A program made the position numbers and the translations under genes. DNA of 32,000 bases, from positions 2,411,877 to 2,443,876 of the forward strand of contig OY781919.1 of assembly GCA_963677215.1 (NCBI GenBank), in the 5' to 3' direction. The notes under the pieces were generated by a model. That model was not told where the DNA came from, ran no database searches, and saw nothing but the letters and a program-made list of their open reading frames with translations. Positions 8,587 through 15,266 of the stretch are shown here, one piece after another. The stretch is from Geopsychrobacteraceae bacterium. Lineage in GTDB: Bacteria; Desulfobacterota; Desulfuromonadia; Desulfuromonadales; Geopsychrobacteraceae. The stretch's first letter is position 1; each line of letters starts with the position of its first letter.

Positions 8587-10715
8587 TTTTGCCCCCGATC
8601 TGTCAGGCGCTGCAGCTGCTTTTCGACCAGTTCCCTTTCGGTCTTGTCGCGACCGCTCTGCAGGGAATGCAGAAGCGGTAGCACGCTGCGTCTGGGATAG
8701 CCACCCAGGGAACGGATGATTTCCAACTGAAAATCTTTTTCCCGGCGGCGGCGGAGCAGTTTCTTCTGCAGCAGTCTGGCGAGGACCGGGATGGTCTGTG
8801 GTTTGCCGATCATGCTTAGGGTCTCAAGGGTTTTTCTGCGGATCTGCAGATCCGGATCGCGATTGTGGTCGATCTGCAGCAGGAGATGCAGTTGGGCCAG
8901 AACCTTGCCGTCATGACTCTGGTCGGCGATTTCAACGGCTGCGGAGATCGATTCCCGGTTTCCACCCGAGAGGTCTTTGAGTAATTGCCGGTTGGCCATC
9001 ATCGGGTCGAAGCGGAAGATGATGCGCAGTGCTTCCTGGCGGACCTTGGGGTGCTCATGTGTTGCGAGGGGGCGGATTTCCCTGATCGGAATGGTTTCCT
9101 TGTCGAGCTTCGAGAGGATCAGCAGTACGTTGCGGACCAGATACCAGCGCTGATCCTTCAAGGTCTGGGTCAGTAGCTGAGCTGCTTTTTTGCCGAGCTC
9201 CTCCAGCAGGCGGACCCAGATCCTGCGTTTGGAGAGTTGCTTTTCTTTCCCGAGGCGGTTGATCAGCAGTTCGGCATAAGGCTCGCCAACCTCGAAGATG
9301 TAGGCACTGATCTCTCCCCCCTTTTCCGCGCCCCAGATTTCGACATGGTCAAGTACGTCGGACATGAAGAGCTCACTGGTCTGCAGGGCCAGGACGGTTT
9401 CATCCAGAAAGCGGGCATTGGCTTTGCCGCTGTAGAGGTATTCGGCCCAGTTGACAAAAATTTCGCGCAGCGTCGTGAAGTCCCCTGTATCCAGGTAGAA
9501 TCTGGCCATTTCGGTCAGGTTATGTTGCAGGCTTTTTTCCGCTTCGGAATCGACACCGTTACTGAGCATGTTGAAGATGATATTGACGCACTGATTTTCA
9601 ATCGCCAGGGTTTTCAGGCTGTTTCTCAGCTTTAGTGCGACATGTTCCGGAAGGGAACTTGTCATCTGCTGGTTGAGGATGTTTTTCAGGGTGGTCTGGT
9701 ACACATCGGGCACAAACTGGCTGTGGCTGTCTTCGAGCAGGAGAATGTCGATCTGCGCATTCAGAACATCGGTGTCGATTTTTTCAATGTCCAGTGCAGC
9801 CGGAGTCGTCAATATATCGTCGTTGTCGGCAAATTCCTCGAGCAGGTCAATAAGTCTGGCCGAGACTGTCTCCTTGTTTTGGGATTGACGATGAATGGCT
9901 GTTTTAAGCAGATGCTGCGGAAACGAATTGAGGAACTGCGAGGTCAGGTCGGGGTGTCCGGACAGGGCATTGAGGATGCTGTCGGTGAATCTTTCCTGGA
10001 TCTGCGGGTGCAGTTGCTCAACGACTTCAGCGACCTGAAGGGGAACCTCTGCTTCTTCCCTCGGTTCAGACGCAAACCTGGAAATCAGATTGCTGATCAG
10101 CGGATCCAGGTTGTCCGTGTGGCATTTTCCCTGGTTGATGGCTCTGGCGATCTCGGCACTTTCGATGGTATCGGAAAGACTATGTTTCTCATTGAGAAGT
10201 TCTGTGATGAAATCGTTCCAGGGGGAATCGCTGGAATCGCCGTCATCGGCCTGAAAGGCTCCAAAGTCGACCAGAACGATCTGAATCTGGTGGATCCCCT
10301 GTTGCTGAAGCTGTTTTGGCAGTTCCTGATTGACTCCTGTTTCGTTGCCTTCTGTGCTGAGGAGCTGATAGAAGCCGAGTACCTCTTTGGCGGAGAGGTT
10401 CCGGAAAAAGCGGATCGAGGCGATTCGGTATGAAGACAGGAATTGGGCGAAGTCGCGGATGGCTCGATTGCCGGCCTCCTGCCACTGCCCTTCAAAAAGA
10501 ATATTGTCGGGTGCGATCCCGAGGTGGATGTCCTGCCCGGACTGACAGGTTTGGGCCAAGGCGCGCAGAACCGCATCACAACTCTGGGTTAGTTGTGGGT
10601 GCCCTGGCGGATACAATTTCAGCTGACGCTGAAAAATATTGAGGTCCTGGATGAATCCGGAAAGCTGGTGGCGATTGTTTGCCGTGGCAGTTTTGGATTC
10701 TCCTGACATTAACAC
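8583..10715 (-). CDS. Large uncharacterised protein with C-terminal HEAT-like repeats (cassette A, large subunit), 710 aa
   Basis: Uninterrupted 710-codon ORF. The GTG start has GGAGG 7 nt upstream. The C-terminus has HEAT/PBS-like repeats (HPKVRQEALRIIFRFDP; DPDLQIRRKTLETLSMIGKPQTIPVLARLL). It is paralogous to the 715-aa ORF upstream. Confidence 0.85.
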   Translation of the reverse strand: MLMSGESKTATANNRHQLSGFIQDLNIFQRQLKLYPPGHPQLTQSCDAVLRALAQTCQSGQDIHLGIAPDNILFEGQWQEAGNRAIRDFAQFLSSYRIASIRFFRNLSAKEVLGFYQLLSTEGNETGVNQELPKQLQQQGIHQIQIVLVDFGAFQADDGDSSDSPWNDFITELLNEKHSLSDTIESAEIARAINQGKCHTDNLDPLISNLISRFASEPREEAEVPLQVAEVVEQLHPQIQERFTDSILNALSGHPDLTSQFLNSFPQHLLKTAIHRQSQNKETVSARLIDLLEEFADNDDILTTPAALDIEKIDTDVLNAQIDILLLEDSHSQFVPDVYQTTLKNILNQQMTSSLPEHVALKLRNSLKTLAIENQCVNIIFNMLSNGVDSEAEKSLQHNLTEMARFYLDTGDFTTLREIFVNWAEYLYSGKANARFLDETVLALQTSELFMSDVLDHVEIWGAEKGGEISAYIFEVGEPYAELLINRLGKEKQLSKRRIWVRLLEELGKKAAQLLTQTLKDQRWYLVRNVLLILSKLDKETIPIREIRPLATHEHPKVRQEALRIIFRFDPMMANRQLLKDLSGGNRESISAAVEIADQSHDGKVLAQLHLLLQIDHNRDPDLQIRRKTLETLSMIGKPQTIPVLARLLQKKLLRRRREKDFQLEIIRSLGGYPRRSVLPLLHSLQSGRDKTERELVEKQLQRLTDRGQK

Positions 10716-10814
10716 CCTGGTTCCTCCCCCCGTATACTGTTTTATTCAATAAATCCTAATTTTATGAGAATAGACCCTTTTGCAGTTTTTTAGAAGAGGT
10801 TCATTGATGTGTTG

Positions 10815-11951
10815 TTAAGTTTTTGCCATGTCCCGATCGAGCTCGCTGATCGTTCCCAGAAAATTGTAGGTCAACTGCGGATGCAGTTTGTTGCCCGCAA
10901 GGTTGAGCATGATCGAAATGATCTGGTTCAGGTCCAGGGACTCTTCGTAGGCACGATGGGTGCGCATGGCGTCATAGGTATCTGATATGGCCGTCAGGTA
11001 GGAACTCAAGTGCTGCAGCCATGGCCTTGAGGTCTGCGGGTAGCCGGCATTATCAAACCGCATATGATGTTCATAGGCGGTAATCACGGCAAGTCTGGGT
11101 ATCCCCGGGCAGCCAGTCAGATATTCGGCGCCGAGACGCGGGTGTTGCTGCATGATCTCCCATTCGGCCCCAGTCAGGGCTTCGTTTTTGGTCAGGATCT
11201 CCGGCGGAATGAACATTTTTCCAACATCGTGCAGCATTGCCGCGATACCGATGTCGTTGAGCAGTTGTCCTTCTATGCCGAGCATTCTGGCCTGGGCGAG
11301 GTTGAGCATGCAGATGTTGGTTGAGTGGGTGTAAGTATACTCGTCCATGCTGCGCAACGGCGCAATCGCCATCAGGACATCGTTCTGTGAATCGAAGGCA
11401 TTGATGAAACCGGAAACGATCTCGGAGACACCAGCGATATTCAGGGGTTTGTTCTTTCTGATCGTCTGGTAGAGGTCCATGATGCTGTCGGCTTCAGACT
11501 CGGCAATCCAGGTCAGTGGGGATACTGCCGGGCCTGATTCTTCGCCCTTGAGACGGACCTCAATCTTGCCATAGCGGATGTGCTCGGTATTGGTTGGTTG
11601 GTGCGTAGAGTTCTGGATTTTGCTGAGCAGTAGGGCAAGGCCAAGCAGTTCGTCGGCATAGATGCCATCCAGGATCTGCAGGTGTGAGACTCCGCTGCGA
11701 TTCAGGGCGCTGACAAGACGTTTGACGGCATTGCTCTGCTCGACGGGCTGATTGTCAAAAATCAGCCGGCTATCGATAACTTTCAGGACGATTTCATTAT
11801 GTTTTTTGAGCAGCTCATGGGCGATCTGCAATGCTTGGTTATTGAGGCGCAGCACCTGCCGATGGTTGGCGTGATAGAGGGATGCATTGGCGGATGCCGT
11901 GGTCAACAGGCGTAAAAAGGTCTGAAGTTGTTCCTGTCTTGAGCCGCTCAT
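10815..11951 (-). CDS. HD-GYP-type metal-dependent phosphohydrolase with an uncharacterised N-terminal domain (cassette B, small subunit), 378 aa
   Basis: Motifs DEYTYTHSTN, HDVGKMF, HPRLGAEYL, HHMRFDNAGYPQ and SDTYDAMRTHRAYEE. ATGA overlap with the upstream gene at 11948-11951. Clear paralog of 7438-8586. Confidence 0.88.
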   Translation of the reverse strand: MSGSRQEQLQTFLRLLTTASANASLYHANHRQVLRLNNQALQIAHELLKKHNEIVLKVIDSRLIFDNQPVEQSNAVKRLVSALNRSGVSHLQILDGIYADELLGLALLLSKIQNSTHQPTNTEHIRYGKIEVRLKGEESGPAVSPLTWIAESEADSIMDLYQTIRKNKPLNIAGVSEIVSGFINAFDSQNDVLMAIAPLRSMDEYTYTHSTNICMLNLAQARMLGIEGQLLNDIGIAAMLHDVGKMFIPPEILTKNEALTGAEWEIMQQHPRLGAEYLTGCPGIPRLAVITAYEHHMRFDNAGYPQTSRPWLQHLSSYLTAISDTYDAMRTHRAYEESLDLNQIISIMLNLAGNKLHPQLTYNFLGTISELDRDMAKT

Positions 11952-14095
11952 AGGTTTGTTCTCCGTTTTTCCTGCACCTCTTTGGCGGCGTTTTTGTAAG
12001 GCCCTTTGGCCATTTCATCAAGCAGTTTGTCGGCTCCTGAGCCGGGAAATGTCAGCAGCGCATTGAGGATCTGCTGCTGCAGGGACTTCAGGTGGCGGGA
12101 CTTGAAAAGTTTCGGTCCGCTCAGCAACAGCCGGCGGAAGATGGTCAGCGATTCCGGCCGTCCACAGCGGGAGAGGGCTGCGATCACGGCTTCGACGTAA
12201 TGCAACTGCTCGGCGGTTTCGATACTCATCTCCAGCTGCCTGTGCAGCTGACTGAAGACGCCCGAATCCTGACTCAAGTGCACCAGCCCAAGAGCCGCGT
12301 TTCGCGCACTGAGATCGGCGTTCTGCAGTTCCGTGATCAGCAACCGGTTGGCTGTCGCCGGATTGCAGCGGAACAGGTTGCGGATGACCTCGGCCCTGAC
12401 TCTCTGATCGGGATGGTCTGCGTACTTCAGGTTGGCCTTGATGCTCGCCGGGGTCTGCTCTTCGCCTAAGACAATCAGCAGATTGCGTAGCAGATACCAG
12501 GGTTCAGGCCTGAGGGCCTGGAGGACCTTCTGCTGAACGTCCCCGTCAATCTTTCTGAGCAGGCCCATCCAGAGCATGCGTTCCTTCTGTTCTGTCGCGT
12601 TGGAAAGACGGTCGATGATCGGGTCGCAGTATGGTTCGCCGACGAACAGAATATAGTTGCTGATCTGCTCCCATTTCTGCTCTTCCCAGAGCTCAAAACT
12701 GTCGAGAATGTCGTTCATGAAACTGGACTGGGTGTGACCGGCAATCAACTGCTCATCGAGAATGCTGGTCTGGGCATGGTTGCTGTACAGGTAGTTGTAC
12801 CAGTTCCTGAAGACCGCCCGCAGGCTGATGAAATCACCGGTATCGGCAAAGAAACGGGAGAGCTCCATGAGGCTCTGCTGGATGTGAGATTCCTGCTCCT
12901 TGTCCAGCGGAGAGAGCAGCAGCTCGAAAATGACTGCCGCGAAATGGTGTTCGATCGACTGCTCCTCCATGTCCTGCTTCAGTTGCAGCTTTTCCGCTTC
13001 TGACATGTGGCCATGGAGGTCGCCGGCAAGCATGGTGTTGAGGGCCTGCTGGTAGCTGTCGGGAAGAAAGAGATCCTCCTGTTCTTCGCTGAACAGGGTC
13101 TCCAGCCGGGCTTTGACGACGCTTGATTCCATGCGTGGTGAGTTGAGGCGGATCTTGTTTTTCTGGTCAGTATCCGAGGCGGCCAGAACCTCGACCAGCC
13201 CTAGCAGACGCTGGGAGATCTGCAGCTGTGAACCCTGATTCGAGGCAAAGCTGTCGTGCAGTAGCCGGGGGGAAATCTTTTTCAGTGCGTTCTCTGCCTG
13301 GTCCTGATGACGGTCGATCACCTTGAGGGTGCTTTCCAGGAATGCCTGCCGGGCCCCGGGCTCAAGCTTGAGCAACAGCTCATTGAAGACCTGATCCGCT
13401 TCCGATTCCGGAGTGGTGATCAGCCGTTTTTCAACATAGTTGGACAGGGATTGCCGGCACTGCTCACGATCATCGCGGGTCCCTTTGAACCTGCTGTTGA
13501 TGATTTCGGCAATGACTGACAGGTTGCTGGAAATTTCCGAGAATCCCAGGTCGAGGATTCCCTGCTGCATGCCATAGATGAAATTTTCCCAGAGCAGTTG
13601 CTCTTCTTTCGCGTCGCCTCTTCCGACCTGAAACGCATTGTAGTCGATGGTGATGATCTGGATATGACGAATCTGGTGCTGTTCGAGCAGTTGGGCAAAA
13701 CCGCCGGAATTTTCAATGCTGATCCGGTCCGAACAGAGCAGCTTGCAGAAACAGAGCAGCTCTGCTTCTGTCAGCCCTTTTGCGAAATTGATGGTTGCAA
13801 TGCCAAGCTCGGCAAAGAAAGCGGCGAAGTCCCTGTTGGCGGGGTCGTTTTTGTCAAGCCAGGTCTGCTCAAAGAGGATTCCGGACGGGGATATGCCCAG
13901 GGTGAGTAGAGGAAAGTTCTCCATAATCAGCGCGAGTAGCGACATGGCTTTTTCGATGCTGGCCGTGATCTGGGGGTGCTCATCCGGATAGAGGGCCAGG
14001 TTGCGCTGTGCTGTTTTCAGTTCCTGCAGAAAAACAGTCAGCAGAGGACGATCCTGTCTCCTGGTGTCAGTGCTTGATATGGCGTTCCGGTTCAA
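11948..14095 (-). CDS. Large uncharacterised protein with C-terminal HEAT-like repeats (cassette B, large subunit), 715 aa
   Basis: Uninterrupted ORF with a TTG start and AGAGG 6 nt upstream. HEAT-like repeats are present (DQRVRAEVIRNLFRCNPATANRLL; ADLSARNAALGLVHL). It shares sequence islands with the 710-aa paralog (DTGDF, VGEPY, WYLLRN). Confidence 0.85.
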   Translation of the reverse strand: MNRNAISSTDTRRQDRPLLTVFLQELKTAQRNLALYPDEHPQITASIEKAMSLLALIMENFPLLTLGISPSGILFEQTWLDKNDPANRDFAAFFAELGIATINFAKGLTEAELLCFCKLLCSDRISIENSGGFAQLLEQHQIRHIQIITIDYNAFQVGRGDAKEEQLLWENFIYGMQQGILDLGFSEISSNLSVIAEIINSRFKGTRDDREQCRQSLSNYVEKRLITTPESEADQVFNELLLKLEPGARQAFLESTLKVIDRHQDQAENALKKISPRLLHDSFASNQGSQLQISQRLLGLVEVLAASDTDQKNKIRLNSPRMESSVVKARLETLFSEEQEDLFLPDSYQQALNTMLAGDLHGHMSEAEKLQLKQDMEEQSIEHHFAAVIFELLLSPLDKEQESHIQQSLMELSRFFADTGDFISLRAVFRNWYNYLYSNHAQTSILDEQLIAGHTQSSFMNDILDSFELWEEQKWEQISNYILFVGEPYCDPIIDRLSNATEQKERMLWMGLLRKIDGDVQQKVLQALRPEPWYLLRNLLIVLGEEQTPASIKANLKYADHPDQRVRAEVIRNLFRCNPATANRLLITELQNADLSARNAALGLVHLSQDSGVFSQLHRQLEMSIETAEQLHYVEAVIAALSRCGRPESLTIFRRLLLSGPKLFKSRHLKSLQQQILNALLTFPGSGADKLLDEMAKGPYKNAAKEVQEKRRTNL

Positions 14096-14135
14096 GAAAT
14101 ACCTCTGTAAAAATAATTATTTCAATCAGATTGAC

Positions 14136-14164
14136 AGTATAACATTTATTTTTTTCAGGGTTAA
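14136..14164 (-). promoter_or_regulatory. Candidate extended -10 sigma-70 promoter for the cassette B/A operon
   Basis: On the - strand: TTAACC (complement of 14159-14164), a 17-nt spacer ending in TGT, then TATACT (complement of 14136-14141). It lies in the AT-rich divergent intergenic region about 40 nt upstream of the 715-aa ORF start. Pattern match only. Confidence 0.3.
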
Positions 14165-14209
14165 ACAAGAAAGGCATTTGTCAGGACTATTGCATTTCTG
14201 CGCCATTGC

Positions 14210-15223
14210 GTGCTAGATTTCCGCCGATATGGACACTCATTATTTAATGAATGGCTTATGAGCCCGCAGACGCATTTTGATGTTGGTGATGCGGACCTGG
14301 CCCAGCAGCTTTTTGGCCGGCAGAATAAGCATCTAAAACAGATAGAAAAGAAACTCGGCATTCGGGTCGGCAGCCAGGGGACGGTTATCCACCTCTCCGG
14401 CGATGAGGCTCAGGTCGGGGTTGCCAGGCGCCTGCTTGAAGAGCTGTGCACCCTGCTTCGCGAGGGGATGCCGCTCTACCCGGCTGATGTCGATTACGCC
14501 ATTCGCATCCTCTCTGCGGATTCTTCCGCGTCTCTGAAAGATATCTTCTTTGATACTGTCTTCGTTTCGGCCCGCAACAAGATGATTGCGCCGAAAAGCA
14601 TCGCCCAGAAGAGTTATGTTGACAATATTCGTGAAAACCATGTTGTCTTCGGTGTCGGCCCGGCCGGAACCGGCAAGACTTATCTGGCCATGGCGATGGG
14701 CGTGGCCTCCCTGCTGCGTAAGGAAGTCAGCCGGATCATGCTTGTCCGACCTGCTGTCGAAGCCGGGGAAAAGCTCGGTTTTTTGCCTGGCGATCTGGCC
14801 GAGAAGGTCAATCCGTACCTGCGTCCACTCTACGATGCCCTTTATGACATGCTCGATTTTGACAAGGCCAGGGAGTTGGTTGAAACCGGTATTGTCGAAG
14901 TAGCCCCTCTGGCCTTCATGCGCGGCCGGACCCTGAATGACGCTTTTGTCATTCTTGACGAAGCGCAAAATACCACCGCAGAACAGATGAAGATGTTTCT
15001 CACCCGCCTCGGTTTTGGTAGCCGGGCCGTCATTACCGGGGATGTGACCCAGGTCGATCTGCCCCGGGGGCAGCAATCGGGGCTGCTGCATGCGATGGAA
15101 GTGCTGGTCGGTGTGCGCGGGATTGAGTTTACCTATTTCAGCGATCGGGATGTCGTTCGTCATCCGATTGTGCAAGCGATTGTTCAGGCCTACCAGAGAG
15201 CTGAAAAGCACGAAGACTCCTGA
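14210..15223 (+). CDS. phoH: PhoH-family ATPase (PhoH/YbeZ)
   Basis: Walker A GPAGTGKTYLAMAMG and Walker B FVILDEAQN. Motifs ITGDVTQVDLP and VVRHPIVQAIV are typical of PhoH/YbeZ. The gene sits upstream of ybeY as in many bacteria. Start is ambiguous: GTG at 14210 or ATG at 14258. Confidence 0.9.
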   Translation: MLDFRRYGHSLFNEWLMSPQTHFDVGDADLAQQLFGRQNKHLKQIEKKLGIRVGSQGTVIHLSGDEAQVGVARRLLEELCTLLREGMPLYPADVDYAIRILSADSSASLKDIFFDTVFVSARNKMIAPKSIAQKSYVDNIRENHVVFGVGPAGTGKTYLAMAMGVASLLRKEVSRIMLVRPAVEAGEKLGFLPGDLAEKVNPYLRPLYDALYDMLDFDKARELVETGIVEVAPLAFMRGRTLNDAFVILDEAQNTTAEQMKMFLTRLGFGSRAVITGDVTQVDLPRGQQSGLLHAMEVLVGVRGIEFTYFSDRDVVRHPIVQAIVQAYQRAEKHEDS

Positions 15224-15266
15224 TGCGAGCTCTGGTGGAGGGCGGCCTTCATCTTTTTGAGGACAT

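Noticed and set aside
14189-14208. Sigma-54-like element on the minus strand upstream of cassette B (TGGCGCagaaaTGCA)
   Set aside because: The GG-to-GC spacing is one nucleotide short of the strict sigma-54 spacing (9 intervening nucleotides instead of 10), and the -24 box is imperfect.
14333-15211. 292-aa antisense ORF inside phoH. Similar long antisense ORFs lie at 17940-18779 (corC), 22130-22936 (kdsB), 20632-21369 (Na/Pi), 19262-19915 (lnt), 28298-28966 (lptB), 6490-7230 and 5629-6180 (ettA), and 9642-10433 (large cassette protein A).
   Set aside because: All lie opposite genes with strong family motifs. They lack recognisable motifs or plausible starts/RBS and have shadow-ORF composition. 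They are explained by codon bias of the sense genes.
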